Shown: positions 1 through 14,271 of the stretch, piece after piece
Position numbering within the stretch: position 1 is the first letter of the stretch
Layout of the letters: every line of letters starts with the position of its first letter
Assembly (NCBI GenBank): GCA_964016885.1
Contig: OZ024742.1
Location: 308,946,001-309,010,000, forward strand
Direction: 5' to 3'
Origin: Eledone cirrhosa
Taxonomy: Eukaryota
Length of the DNA: 64,000 bases
Position numbers and translations under genes: made by a program
The notes under the pieces: generated by a model
What the model saw: the letters and a program-made list of their open reading frames with translations, nothing else
Database searches by the model: none
What the model was told of the DNA's origin: nothing

Positions 1-3000
1 AGACAGAGACAGACAGAGACAAGCAGAGACAGAGACAGACAGAGACAGAGACAGACAAAGACAGACAGAGACAGAGACAGACAGAGTCAAGCAGAGACAG
101 AGACAGACAGAGACAGACAGAGGCAGAGACAGACAGAGACAGACAGAGACAGACAGAGACATACAGAGACAGACAGAGACAGACAGAGACAACAGAGACT
201 AACAGAGACAGAGACAGGCAGAGACAGACAGAGACAGAGAGAGACAGACAGAGACAGAGACAGAGACAGAGACTGACAGAGACAGGGAGAGACAGAGACT
301 GACAGAGACAGAGAGAGACAGACAGAGACAGAGACAGACAGAGACTGACAGAGACAGACAGAGACAGACAGAGACTGACAAAGACAGAGAGAGACAGACA
401 GAGACAGACAGAGACAGATACAGGCAGACACAGACAGAGACAGAGACAGACAGAGACAGACAGAGACAGATACAGGCAGAGACAGACAGAGACAGACAGA
501 GACAGTGAAAGGGAGAGAGAGACAGAGACAGACAGAGACAGAGACAGGCAGAGACAGACAGAGACAGAGAGAGACAGACAGAGACAGGGACAGAGACTGA
601 CAGAGCCAGAGACAGACAGAGACAGGCAGAGACAGACAGAGACAGACAGAGACAGACAGAGACAGACAGAGACAGACAGAGACAGACAGAGACAGAGACA
701 GAGACAGACAGAGACAGACAGAGACAGAGACAGACAGAGACAGACACAGACAGACAGAGACAGACAGAGAAAGACAGAGACAGACAGAGACAGAGACAGA
801 GACAGACAGAGACAGACAGAGACAGAGACAGAGACAGACAGAGACAGACAGTGACAGAGACAGACAGAGACAGACAGAGACAGACAGAGACAGAGACAGA
901 GACAGACAGAGACAGAGAGAGACAGACAGAGACAGAGACAGACAGAGACTGACAGAGACAGACAGAGACAGCTAGAGACTGACAAAACAGAGAGAGACAG
1001 ACAGAGACAGACAGAGACAGATACAGGCAGAGACAGACAGAGACAGAGACAGACAGAGACAGACAGAGACAGATACAGGCAGAGACAGACAGAGACAGAC
1101 AGAGACAGAGACAGGCAGAGACAGACAGAGACAGAGAGAGACAGACAGAGACAGAGACAGAGACTGACAGAGCCAGAGACAGACAGAGACAGGCAGGGAC
1201 AGACAGAGACTGACAGAGACAGAAACAGGCAGAGATAGACAGAGACAGACAGAGACAGAGACAAAGACTGAGAGAGACAGAGACAGACAGAGACTGACAG
1301 AGACAAAGACAGACAGACAGAGACAGAGACAAAGACTGACAGAGACAGAGACAGACAGAGACTGACAGAGACAGAGAGAGACAGACAGAGACAGAGACAG
1401 ACAGAGACTGACAGAGACAGACAGAGACAGCGAGAGACAGACAGAGACAGAGACAGAGACAGACAGAGACAGACAGAGACAGACAGAGACAGAAAAAGAC
1501 AGAGAGAGACAGAGACTGACATAGACTGAGAGAGACAGACAGAGACAGAGACAGAGACAGACCGAGACTGACAGAGACAGAGAGAGACAGAGACATACAG
1601 AGACAGACAGAGGCCCAGACAGACAGAGACAGACAGAGACCGACAGAGACAGACAGAGACAGACAGAGACTGACAGAGACAGAGAGAGACAGACAGCGAC
1701 AGAGACAGAGACAGAGACAGACAGAGAGAAAGAGACAGACAGAGACAGACAGAGACAGAGACAGGCAGAGAGAGACAGAGACAGACAGTGACAGAGACAG
1801 GCAGAGACAGACAGAGACATACAGAGACATACAGAGACAGACAGAGACAGACAGAGACAGACACAGGCAGAGACAGAGAGAGACAGAGAGAGACAGACAG
1901 AGACAGAGACAGAGACTGACAGAGACAGACAGAGACAGGCAGAGACAGACAGAGACAGAGACAGAGACAGACAGAGACAGACAGAGACTGACAGAGACAG
2001 AGAGAGACAGAGACTGACAGAGACTGACAGTGACAGACAGACACAGACAGAGACAGAGACAGGCAGAGACAGACAGAGACAGACAGAGACAGGCAGAGAC
2101 AGACAGAGACAGAGACAGAGACAGACAGAGACAGACAGAGACTGACAGAGACAGAGAGAGACAGAGACTGACAGAGACTGACAGTGACAGAGAGAGACAG
2201 ACAGAGACAGACAGAGACTGACAGAGACAGAGAGAGACAGAGACTGACAGAGACAGAGAGAGACAGAGGCAGAGACAGGCAGAGACAGACAGAGACAGAC
2301 AGAGACTCACAGAGACAGACAGAGACTCACAGAGACAGAGACAGGCAGAGACAGACAGAGATTGAGACAGAGACAGACAGAGACAGACAGAGACAGACAG
2401 AGACAGACAGAGGCAGAGACAGACAGAGACAGAGACAGAGACAGACAGAGACAGACAGAGTCTGACAGAGACAGAGAGAGACATAGACTGACAGAGACTG
2501 ACAGTGACAGAGAGAGACAGACAGAGACAGACAGAGGCAGAGACAGTCAGAGACAGACAGAGACAGACAGAGACTGACAGAGACAGAGAGAGACAGAGAC
2601 TGACAGAGACAGAGAGAGACATACAGAGACAGACAGAGACAGAGACAGACAGAGACAGACAGAGACAGAGACAGACAGAGACAGACAGACACAGACAGAG
2701 GCAGAGACAGACAGAGACAGACAGAGACTGACAGAGACAGAGACAGACAGAGACAGACAGAGACTGACAGAGACAGAGACAGACAGAGACTGACAGAGAC
2801 AGAGACAGACAGACAGAGACAGACAGAGACTGACAGAGACAGAGAGAGACAGAGACTGACAGAGACAGAGAGAGACATACAGAGACAGACAGAGACAGAC
2901 AGAGACAAGCAGAGACAGAGACAGACAGAGACAGAGACAGACAAAGACAGACAGAGACAGAGACAGACAGAGTCAAGCAGAGACAGAGACAGACAGAGAC

Positions 3001-5409
3001 AGACAGAGGCAGAGACAGACAGAGACAGACAGAGACAGACAGAGACATACAGAGACAGACAGAGACAGACAGAGACAACAGAGACTAACAGAGACAGAGA
3101 CAGGCAGAGACAGACAGAGACAGAGAGAGACAGACAGAGACAGAGACAGAGACAGAGACTGACAGAGACAGGGAGAGACAGAGACTGACAGAGACAGAGA
3201 GAGACAGACAGAGACAGAGACAGACAGAGACTGACAGAGACAGACAGAGACAGACAGAGACTGACAAAGACAGAGAGAGACAGACAGAGACAGACAGAGA
3301 CAGATACAGGCAGACACAGACAGAGACAGAGACAGACAGAGACAGACAGAGACAGATACAGGCAGAGACAGACAGAGACAGACAGAGACAGTGAAAGGGA
3401 GAGAGAGACAGAGACAGACAGAGACAGAGACAGGCAGAGACAGACAGAGACAGAGAGAGACAGACAGAGACAGGGACAGAGACTGACAGAGCCAGAGACA
3501 GACAGAGACAGGCAGAGACAGACAGAGACAGACAGAGACAGACAGAGACAGACAGAGACAGACAGAGACAGAGACAGAGACAGACAGAGACAGACAGAGA
3601 CAGAGACAGACAGAGACAGACAGAGACAGACAGAGACAGACAGAGAAAGACAGAGACAGACAGAGACAGAGACAGAGACAGACAGAGACAGACAGAGACA
3701 GAGACAGAGACAGAGACAGAGACAGACAGAGACAGACAGAGACAGACAGAGACAGACAGAGAAAGACAGAGACAGACAGAGAAAGACAGAGACAGAGACA
3801 GGCAGAGACATACAGAGAGAAAGAGACAGACAGAGACAGACAGAGACAGAGACAGGCAGAGAGAGACAGAGACAGACAGAGACAGAGACAGGCAGAGACA
3901 GACAGAGACAGACAGAGACAGACAGAGACAGACACAGGCAGAGACAGAGAGAGACAGAGAGAGACAAACAGAGACAGAGACTGACAGAGACAGAGAGAGA
4001 CAGAGAGAGGCAGAGACAGACAGAGACTGACAGAGACAGAAACAGGCAGAGACAGACAGAGACAGACAGAGACAGAGACAGAGACTGACAGAGACAGAGA
4101 AAGACAGAGACTGACAGAGACAGAGAGAGACAGACAGAGACAGAGACAGAGAGAGAGACAAAGACTGACAGAGACAGAGAGAGACAGACAGAGACAGAGA
4201 CAGTGACAGACAGAGACTGACAGAGACAGACAGAGACAGACAGAGACAGCGAAAGACAGACAGAGACAGAGACAGAGACAGAGACAGACAGAGACAGACA
4301 GAGACAGACAGAGACTGACAAAGACAGAGAGGGACAGAGACTGACAGAGACTGAGAGAGACAGACAGAGACAGTGACACAGACAGACAGAGACAGACAGA
4401 GACAGAGACAGGCTGAGACAGACAGAGACAGACAGAGACAGACAGAGACAGAGACAGGCAGATACAGACAGAGACATACAGAGACAGACAGAGACGGACA
4501 GAGATAGACAGAGACAGAGACAGGCAGAGACAGACAGAGACAGAGAGAGACAGACAGAGACAGAGACAGAGACTGACAGAGCCAGAGAGAGACAGAGACA
4601 GGCAGAGACAGACAGAGAGAGACAGAGACAGACAGAGACAGAGACAGAGACAGACAGAGACAGAGAGAGACAGAGACTGACAGAGACAGAGAGAGACAGA
4701 CAGAGACAGAGACAGACAGAGACTGACAGAGACAGACAGAGACAGAGAGAGACAGAGACTGACAGAGACAGAGAGAGACAGACAGAGACAGAGACAGACA
4801 GAGACTGACAGAGACAGACAGAGACAGCGAGAGACAGACAGAGACAGAGACAGAGACAGAGACAGACAGAGAAAGACAGAGACAGACAGAGACTGACAAA
4901 GACAGAGAGAGACAGACAGAGACAGAGACAGAGACAGACCGAGACTGACAGAGACAGAGAGAGACAGAGACATACAGAGACAGACAGAGACAGAGACAGA
5001 CAGAGACAGACAGAGACAGACAGAGACTCACAGAGACAGAAAGAGACAGACAGAGACTGACAGAGACAGAGAGAGACAGAGACATACAGAGACAGACAGA
5101 GACAGACAGAGACAGAGACAGGCAGAGACAGACAGAGACAGACAGAGACAGACAGAGACAGAGAGAGACAGAGACATACAGAGACAGACAGAGACAGACA
5201 GAGACAGAGACAGGCAGATACAGACAGAGACAGACAGAGACAGACAGAGACACGCAGAGACAGACAGAGACAGACAGAGACAGGCAGAGACAGACAGAGA
5301 CTGACAGAGACAGACAGAGACACACAGAGACAGAGACAGGCATAGACAGACAGAGATTGAGACAGAGAGAGACAGACAGAGACAGAGACAGACAGAGACA
5401 GACAGAGAC

Positions 5410-5440
<31 letters not shown>

Positions 5441-6495
5441 CAGACAGAGACAGACAGAGACTGACAGAGACAGACAGAGACAGACAGAGACAGACAGAGA
5501 CAGACAGAAACAGAGACAGAGACAGACAGAGACAGACAGAGACAGACAGAGACAGACAGAGACAGAAAGAGACTGACAGGGACAGAGAGAGACAGAGACT
5601 GACAGAGACAGAGAGAGACAGAGACTGACAGAGACAGAGAGAGACAGACAGAAACAGAGACAGACAGAGACAGACAGAGACAGACAGTGACAGACAGAGA
5701 CAGACAGAGACAGCGAGAGACAGACAGAGACAGAGACAGAGACAGAGACAGACAGAGACAGACAGAGACAGACAGAGACAGACAGAGACAGACAGAGACA
5801 GAGACAGACAGAGACAGACAGAGACAGAGAGAGAGAGACAGAGACAGAGACAGACAGCGACAGACAGAGACAGACAGAGACAGAGAGAGACAGACAGAGA
5901 CAGAGACAGACAGAGACAGACAGAGATAGACAGAGACAGACAGAGACAGACAGAGACAGAGACAGACAGAGACAGACAGAGACAGAGAGAGAGAGACAGA
6001 GACAGAGACAGACTGAGACAGACAGAGACTGACAGAGACAGAGAGAGGCCGACAGAGACAGAAAGAGACTGACAGAGAGACAGAGACAGACAGAGACAGA
6101 CAGAGACAGAGAGAGTCAGAGAGAGACAGACAGAGACAGAGACCGAGACAGACAGAGACAGACAGAGACAGACAGAGACAGAAAGAGACTGACAGAGAGT
6201 CAGAGACAGACAGAGACAGACAGAGACAGAGAGAGTCCGACAGAGACAGAGACAGACAGAGACAGACAGAGACTGACAGAGTCAGAGAGAGACAGACAGA
6301 GACAGACAGAGTCAGAGAGAGACAGACAGAGACAGAGACACAGACAGACAGAGACAGACAGAGACAGAAAGAGACAGAAACAGAGACAGAGACAGAGACA
6401 GATACAGAGACAGAAGGAGACAGACAGAGACAGAAAGAGACAGACAGAATACAGACAGAGACAGACAGAGACAAACAGAGGGACAGAGACAGACA
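1..6495. repeat. (AGAC)n/(AGAGAC)n compound satellite with higher-order internal duplication
   Basis: Continuous AGAC/AGAGAC units. Rare variants (agtcaagcag at 85 and 2971; gtgaaaggga at 505 and 3391) recur at a 2886-bp offset. The long Ser/Leu/Val/Cys ORFs are artefacts. Confidence 0.97.
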
Positions 6496-6762
6496 AAAGA
6501 AAACGAAAGAGAAAGAGTTGGTGGAATTCTGAACAATATCTAATGAAGATTGCTTATGATGGGACTACGATCTTGTAATATTGAATATTTACAGTCATGT
6601 AACGTGCGTACAAGACTATCTGTACACACACTCAAAAATAGTACCATGGTACTACTGAATGAGTACTCAATATTTGTAACTAGAGAGTAAATGTTAATTT
6701 CTTGGTAGAAAATTGTCAGTGACTTCGAAGTTTCAGCTTCGTCGTTTCATGTGTGTGTGAGT

Positions 6763-6803
6763 TTCTCTCTCCCCTCTCTCGCTCTCTCTCTCTCTCTTCC
6801 TCC

Positions 6804-6834
<31 letters not shown>

Positions 6835-6900
6835 GGTTTAAAAAGTGGCAGTGACTTCGAAATTTCAGCTTCGTCGTTTCATATGTTTGTGTGCGTGTGT

Positions 6901-6978
<78 letters not shown>

Positions 6979-7008
6979 GCGTGTGCGTGTGCGTGTGTGT
7001 GTGTGTGT
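6763..7008. repeat. (CT)n and (GT)n microsatellites, each preceded by a copy of a ~35-bp duplicated segment
   Basis: cagtgacttcgaa(g/a)tttcagcttcgtcgtttcat occurs at about 6717 and 6849, followed by the dinucleotide tracts. Confidence 0.9.
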
Positions 7009-7695
7009 TTGTGAATATGTATGTGTATATTAAAACATGGCTGTATTGTCACGAGGTTCACTTCACAATCATGAAGACCGAAATTCAATCCACTGTGTGG
7101 CTAAATGTTTTTATCTTGATACATTGTGCCAACTCAAGACTTGTAAGTGAAATTCGATACCCAGAAACTATGTGGAAGCCCGTCAAATGAATTTTACCTG
7201 TAATTCAAAGATCCAGCCTTGTCACATATTGTGTCATGCTGATTCTGCCTTCTAAGAATTACCTTCAGGGTACACGTGCTTGTAAAATAATACTTACAAA
7301 TTAATTTTCGGATGTTGAGTCGATCGAACAATTGATTGCTCATTGTCGTAGCCGACGGAATATCCATTATATGTTTATTAACGTTTCGAGACTTTCATAG
7401 TCTCATCTTCAAAATTAAAATAACAGTAGTATTTCCGTGTTGTTTGCACGGTTCGCAGTAGATTGCATACTTTTTATGGGAGAAAAACGTAAAAAGCCAT
7501 CATGGTTATACGTGTATAGAACTATGTTTACGTGTATAAAACTATGTTTCTGGTGGAGCCATACCGTGAAAATGTTTAGATGATATAACAATTGTTTACA
7601 CACACGCAACTGTCAATGTTTTCAGATATTTGGTATAATTTCATAAGTTCATATCGAGTTAATCGGTCGACAAAATCTTATTATTAACACAGATT

Positions 7696-7915
7696 AGGGC
7701 GGTGGATTGGCAGTATCGGTAGAGGGTCGGACGCCATGCTTTTCAGCATAGAGTTACGGCCCTTTATAATCTGAGTTCAAATCCTGCCCAGGTTAACTTT
7801 GCCTTTCATCCTTACAGAGTCGATAAAATAAAGTACCAGTCACGCACTGGGTCGATTTAATCGACTTTCCCCCCAATAAAAATTGCTGGCCTTGTGCCTA
7901 TATAAGAAACCATTA
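7696..7915 (+). mobile_element. tRNA-derived SINE with Deu/Nin-like central domain (octopus-type), long 3' variant
   Basis: A-box-like tggcagtatcgg, B-box gagttcaaatcc, gcctttcatcc..gtcgataaaataaagtaccag core, gtcgatttaatcgac hairpin; attattaaca flanks both ends (TSD-like). Confidence 0.9.
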
Positions 7916-8544
7916 TTAACAAGTATTAAAAGTTTAAGCAAGCACTTCCTGCTTTCACCCTTATATGGAATCTTCTAAAACAGATATATCAATCCATGGC
8001 GTAGATGTAAATATTTCGAAAAAGAAATACGAGCAAATATTGCCTTTAAAAATAGAAAGACATAACGGCAACACGTGAAAACTTTCAATTGAGTTATCCA
8101 AAGAGAATTGAGTTATTATTTATTAATCTAAGACGATGGATTGGCAGAATCGTCCTTACGGGGTCAATAAAATAAAGTACCAGTAATGCACTAGGGTCAA
8201 TTTAATCGACTTTCCCCTTCCCCAAAAATTGCTGGCCTTGTGCCTATATGAGAAACCATTATCTCCTTATAATATATAACCAGCAATTTCTCTGTCTGTC
8301 TGTCCGACAGTGGAAACACGTGCGCGCGTGGTTGCTATCTCTCTCTCTCTCCAGCTATCCCTCTCTTTTAGTCTGTCTGTTTCTCTCACTCTCACTCTTT
8401 CTCTTTGTAACACACTAACATTCCTCCTCTCTATCGCTGTGACGAATGGGGAGATGGAGGAGGAGGAGGAGGAGAGAGTCACTTCTTCACTTCACCTCTG
8501 CCTTTCTTTCTCTCCCCTCTCACTCCTTCATTACGTACAGACAT

Positions 8545-8737
8545 TAGGGCGGTGGATTGGCAGAATCTGTAGAGAGTCGGACACCATGCTTCATAGCATG
8601 GAGTTACGTCCCTTTACGGTCTGAGTTCAAATACCGCCGAGGTTAACTTTGCCTTTCATCCTCACGGGGTCGATAAAATAAAGTACCAGTAATGTACTGG
8701 GTAATTGCTGGCCTTGTGCCAAAAGTAGAAACAATTG
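8545..8737 (+). mobile_element. tRNA-derived Deu/Nin-like SINE, short 3' variant
   Basis: Same head and core as 7696-7915 but lacks the gtcgat..atcgac hairpin (ctgggtaattgctgg junction). Confidence 0.9.
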
Positions 8738-8857
8738 TTAGAAACATTGCTTCATTTTTACATATCGAAGCATTAGTAAAATAACTAATAATTTCAAAAG
8801 TAATTTTTCAATTCCAATTGTTATGAACAGCAAAACATTAATAATAATTTTGTTCTA

Positions 8858-9002
8858 AGAAATATATATACATTTCTGTGTGTGTAATATATATATATAT
8901 ACACACACAGAAATATATATATATACGCACAGAAATATATATACATTTCTGTGTGTGTAATATATATATATACACAGAAATATATATACATTTCTGTGTG
9001 TG

Positions 9003-9059
<57 letters not shown>

Positions 9060-9085
9060 GAAATATATATACATTTCTGTGTGTG

Positions 9086-9121
<36 letters not shown>

Positions 9122-9135
9122 ACACACAGAAATAT
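8858..9135. repeat. Tandem array of palindromic unit cacagaaat(at)n catttctgtgtg separated by (TA)n
   Basis: About 4-5 copies of acacagaaatatatatacatttctgtgtgtgta, which is self-complementary. Confidence 0.85.
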
Positions 9136-9393
9136 ATGGGCATTTCTGTTTGTCTGTCTGTCTGTCTGTCCTTCCCTAAAACTCAAATGTAGGTGCCACA
9201 GAAATATTACCTTCCCCTTCCTTTCTCCACTTTGGCACTACCAAGAGAAACACTGTCGCTATAGAAACATTACCTTCCCCTCTCCACTGACTTTGGTCAT
9301 TGAGGCCGAGGGAATCGCTGGTTGCTATAGAGACACCTTGCACAAGCCAGAAGTAACCAGTTCGAGGCGGTTCTGACTTGACACCATGCCAAG

Positions 9394-9906
9394 TCTACTT
9401 ATAATATATAATGGGCATTTCTCTGTTTGTTTGTCTGTCTGTCCGTCTGTAAAAAATGCCAAGGAAACAAATAGATGCGGTTTCAAATCTCTATGATTTT
9501 CAAATTCATTACATTAATCTTTATTTATACGTTTCGCTTTACGAGTGTTTCGACTTACGAGTGTTTCGGCTTACGAGTGTTTCGGCTTATCATTATATAT
9601 AACGTTTCTATTTCCATCGTTTTATCGTAAACGTTTATATATTTCCATCGTTATATCATAACGTTTATGTATCATAACGTTTATATTTCCGTCACTAATC
9701 TCTTTTTCTCCTTTTTCGTTTTAACATATATTTATTTCAAAGATTTCACCGTATAGATAACATATATATTTATACATGCATAAAAGACACACCGAGAGAC
9801 GGTGAACATGTGGTGCCGAAAACATTTCTCATCCAAATCTCAACAATATCAGTATATACACTAGATTTGCTAGCAGAAAACCGCCCACCGAGTGGTTTTC
9901 TGCTAG
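9394..9906 (+). mobile_element. Non-autonomous Helitron-like element
   Basis: 5' TCtacttataatatataatgggcatttc..(GTCT)n; 3' hairpin ctagcagaaaacc..ggttttctgCTAG; internal 16-bp tandem ttacgagtgtttcggc at about 9535-9590. Confidence 0.65.
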
Positions 9907-10525
9907 TCTATATATATAAAATTGACGATGTCTGTGTGTGTGTGTGTGTGACTGTGAGTTTGAATCCCTAAAACTCGAGAAGTACGCAACCGAATTTTTC
10001 AAACTTTACATGTGTATTACTTATGTTTCAGGGAGTGTTATCAACATTTTGATCCCCTAGAGCCCGCATTAGGTGAAAAACTGCGTTTTTTCAGCTTTTT
10101 ATGGTTTTTTTGAGACGTTGCGTCAGACCGATTTCCTTGAAGTTGTAACTATGTATTAGTCAGTCTCTTTTTCATACCGTGAGCAAAGAAAATACAACTT
10201 TTTTATGGCCTAGGTGAAAAACTTCATTTTTTCAGCTTTTTAGGGCTTTTTTTAGGCGTTACATCTAGCCGATTTCCCCGAAATTTCAAGGCATATTATG
10301 CACATAAAAAAGTTCATTTTCTTGATCCCGTAGGGCCCGCCTTAGGTGAAAACCTGCATTTTTCCTGCTTCATCGAGTAAAATCTCAAAGATTATCCAGC
10401 CATCAGAGTATTCAGTTTATTTTCTTTACATATTGTCCAGGCATGCAGTTTTTCCACGATTAGGTCTGTTGGCGGCCCACGTTCCAAAATATCTTATCCC
10501 GTGCAATACCGGGTACCACTGCTAG
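9907..10525 (+). mobile_element. Non-autonomous Helitron-like element
   Basis: 5' TCtatatatataaaat..ccctaaaactcgagaa..caaccga; three internal taggtgaaaa subrepeats; 3' cccg..cggg hairpin then CTAG|T at 10522-10525. Confidence 0.75.
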
Positions 10526-10528
10526 TTA

Positions 10529-10789
10529 TCTATATATCTAAAACAGAGAATGTCTGTCTGTCTGTCTCCCTAAAACTCGAGAACCACCCAACCGATTTTT
10601 TTCAAGCATGTAAAACTTATGGTTGTGTGAGTGTTTTGAGCAAAATATATTTCAAATTTTCAATGCCCTAGGGACCGCAATAGATAGCTATAACGTCGCG
10701 CCCTTATAATATCTGTATGTATGTCTGGCTGTCTTCCTTGCGACATTATGACACTATCTGTGTGTGTATATATATATGTATATATAGTG

Positions 10790-10876
<87 letters not shown>

Positions 10877-11457
10877 TGTGTGTGTAACGTTTTTCGAAAT
10901 ATTTACTTCTGCGTTCACAGATTGATTTTTTTAGTTTCAGAAGATCCCGTTAAGGGTGAAAGCAGTGATTCTTCGCTTAAACTTTAATCTCTTATTTTAA
11001 TATATATATATATATAATTATATATTCGTGTACAGATATTTTTGCATACAAAATAACAAAATATAAACAAACGTATTTATTTCACGAGGCTCGATAAGGA
11101 TAAATATATATCAAATATATAAGAACCCTATAGCAAATATTGTTCTCATTGTTGACGAGGCAGAAGGGGATATACACGATTGGCTCAAGAAGGACGAGAC
11201 TGTGTTAATAGTACGACTAACGGCCGCTATCACACCAACAGCAGCAAAAACAACAACAAAAAAGAGAGGCTAACGCAATTACATGCTTTTGAAAAATCTG
11301 AATGGAAAATTATTTGCCTATTCTCCCAAGGCGACTTCACTTTTTATTAGGACTTCTGCATCAATTGGTGAACATACAACGAAACTGTTTCAGAAAGGAG
11401 GGATAAAAATGCCAATCTATGTTTAGAATCCCGAGCAACGCCGGGCCATTCTGCTAG
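10529..11457 (+). mobile_element. Non-autonomous Helitron-like element with TA-tract insertions
   Basis: 5' TCtatatatctaaaac..ccctaaaactcgagaa; 3' cccgagcaacgccggg hairpin then CTAG|T at 11454-11457. Confidence 0.75.
10933..10983 (+). ncRNA. Type I hammerhead-like motif with CAGAAGA (U4A) core (family D)
   Basis: Stem I agttt/aaact; CAGAAGA; stem II ccc-gttaa-ggg; GAAA; stem III agc..gct; CUU site. Second copy at 47943-47993 (-). Confidence 0.6.
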
Positions 11458-11764
11458 TATTACTACTAAATATGTGTGGGGTTGATGGAGGTAGGTGAGA
11501 TGATCCTGTGGGTCTACAGGTGAAACTCAGGGATAACAAGATTCATCACATAGCCATAATAATGTGTCTGCGTGCGTGCGTATGTGCACGTGCGTATGTG
11601 TGCATGTGCGTGTACGTGTTCACGCTTTTGTCTTTGTCTATATTTATATCACGTAACTTCGTACCAGATTTTAATAAATAGTCGCGGAAATATAAAATAC
11701 TAATTTAGATAGTACCCTAGACTAATGACTCTAGCCAGTAAAAAAAGGAAAAGAATATATATAT

Positions 11765-11948
11765 AATTGTTTCTACTTTTGGCACAAGGCCAGCAATTAT
11801 CCCAGTGTATTACTGGTACTTTATTTTATCAACCTTGTAAGGATGAAAGGCAAAGTTAACCTCGGCGGGATTTGAACTCAGACCTTAAAGGGCCGTAGCT
11901 CGTTGCTGCAAAGCATAGCGTCCGACCCTCTACCGATACTGCCAATCC
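11765..11948 (-). mobile_element. tRNA-derived Deu/Nin-like SINE (short variant)
   Basis: Reverse-complement match to 8545-8737. Confidence 0.9.
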
Positions 11949-12216
11949 AAATGATATATATGTATATATGTGTCGCTGAATGTGTGATAATAGATAAAAT
12001 ATATATGTACATAGAATGTGATAGAATATATATGTACATGTTTATGTATATGTACATAAATATGTATATGTACATATATATGTATATGTGTCTGTGAATG
12101 TGTGATAGTAAATAGAATATATGTATATGTATATGTACAGATATATGTACATAAATATTTATATGTGTATAGCTATAGATAGATAGATTTCTTTATTTAC
12201 CATAAAGGCATTGTAT

Positions 12217-12220
12217 AGAT

Positions 12221-12298
<78 letters not shown>
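12217..12298. repeat. (GATA)n microsatellite
   Basis: Pure tetranucleotide run; another at about 59380-59445. Confidence 0.95.
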
Positions 12299-12569
12299 GT
12301 GTCTGTGGACATGCGGTTATAAGTAGAATATATATAATGTATATATATAATGTATATATATATATGTGTGTGTGTATGTGTGTGTGTGTGAGAGAGAGAG
12401 AGGATGTGTGGTAGTAGTTAGATTATATATAATATATACGTATGTGTGCCTGTCTGTGAATGTGTGGCAGTAGGTAAACACTCTCTCTATATGTATGTAT
12501 GTGCATATATGTATATATGTATATGTGTATGTCTATGAATGTGTGATATTAGTTAGACTATATACAATG

Positions 12570-12641
<72 letters not shown>

Positions 12642-12665
12642 ATATTAGTTAGACTATATATAATG

Positions 12666-12706
<41 letters not shown>

Positions 12707-12797
12707 CTGTGATATTAGTTGGACTATATATAATGTATATGTATGTGTGTGTGTGTGTGTGTGTGTATCTGTGATATTAGTTAGACTATATATAATG

Positions 12798-12897
<100 letters not shown>

Positions 12898-12982
12898 TGT
12901 AAATGTGTGGTAGTAGGTAGACTAATGAGGGACAGACATCATTCAAGTTTGCATGTATCTTATCTGTTACATTGCCTCAACA

Positions 12983-13131
12983 CGGCGGCACAACCTGTCG
13001 TTTGTTGCACTGTCGGCTGCTGTGAAGTAAACCACGGCACAACCTGTCGTTTGTTGCACTGTCGTCTGCTGTGAAGTAAACCACGGCACAACCTGTCGTT
13101 TGTTGCACTGTCGGCTGCTGTGAAGTAAACC
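12983..13131. repeat. 49-bp tandem repeat, 3 copies
   Basis: ccacggcacaacctgtcgtttgttgcactgtcggctgctgtgaagtaaa at 13032 and 13081, plus a copy from about 12983. Confidence 0.93.
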
Positions 13132-13480
13132 AGACAGAATCTATAAAAGATATAGTAGAGAGGGGCAGGAGGTGGTGGGAGGAGGAGGAGGAAGAAGAAG
13201 GTGGAGGAAGAAGAAGAAGAAGGGGGGTTGTAGAGAGAAAGGGATAGTATGGTGTCGGGGATATGGAAGGATAGAGAGAGAGAAGGAGAGAGAGAGAGAT
13301 AATATGTGGTGTAGGATGGAGTGTCGGGGATATGGAAGGAGAAAATGAAGGAAAAATATCTGGAAATGGATAAAGGGGACGAATAAGTGAGAGGGGAAAT
13401 GGTCGGAAGGAAGAAGGAACGAAGGAAAATAAAGCATGAAGAAAAAGAACAAATGGTCGGAAATGAAAGTAATATAGAAA

Positions 13481-13667
13481 TAATTGTTTCTACTTTAGGC
13501 ACAAGGCCAGCAAATACCCAGTACATTACTGGTACTTTATTTTATCGACCCCGTAAGGATGAAAGGCAAAGTTAACCTCGGCGGGATTTGAACTCAGAAT
13601 GGCAAGGGCCGTAACTCTATGCGTCAAAGCATGGCGTCCGACCCTCTACCGATACTGCCAATCCACC
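13481..13667 (-). mobile_element. tRNA-derived Deu/Nin-like SINE (short variant)
   Basis: Reverse-complement match to 8545-8737. Confidence 0.9.
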
Positions 13668-14226
13668 ACCACCAGAAATGAGAGGAGAACGAGATGAAGA
13701 GAAGGAATAAATGAAGGAAGGAAGGAAAGAGGGAAGAGGGAATGAAGGAGGGAAAGGGGGAAGAGGGAAGGAGTGGAAGAAAGTATGAAGGAGGGAAAGA
13801 GAGCATGAAGAAGGGGAAGAAGGAATAAAGGAGGGGAAGAAGGAGGGAAGGAAGGAAAGGGGGAAGAGGGAAGGAAAGAGGGGAAGAGGGCATGAAGGAG
13901 AGAAAGAAGGGAGGGGAAGGAAAGGGTGAAGAGAGGAGGAAGAAAGAAGAAAAAGAAAGAGGAAAAATGAAAGAAAGTGAACGAGATAGAGAAATAATAA
14001 GAAATGGAAGACAATTTATTCCGCAATAAATCATTCCTAAAAGCTATTTCAGCTTTTATTTTATTTTATTTTATTGTATTTCAACACAAACATATATACA
14101 TTTTTGTGTGTGTGTGTGTATGTGTATGTGTGTGTGTGAGTGTGTGTGAGTGTGTGTATATATATATATATGTGTATGTGTGAGTGTGTGTATATATATA
14201 TATGTGTGTGTGTATGTATATATATA

Positions 14227-14271
<45 letters not shown>

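Larger units (their letters stand above)
8262..9393 (+). mobile_element. Non-autonomous Helitron-like element (with nested SINE and TA-palindrome array)
   Basis: 5' TC..ttataatatata..(GTCT)n terminus; 3' imperfect hairpin caagccagaa/ttctgacttg followed by CAAG rather than CTAG. Confidence 0.5.

Noticed and set aside
87-6496. Very long Ser/Leu/Val/Cys and Arg/Gln/Thr/Asp ORFs
   Set aside because: Translations of the AGAC satellite; open in several frames simultaneously.
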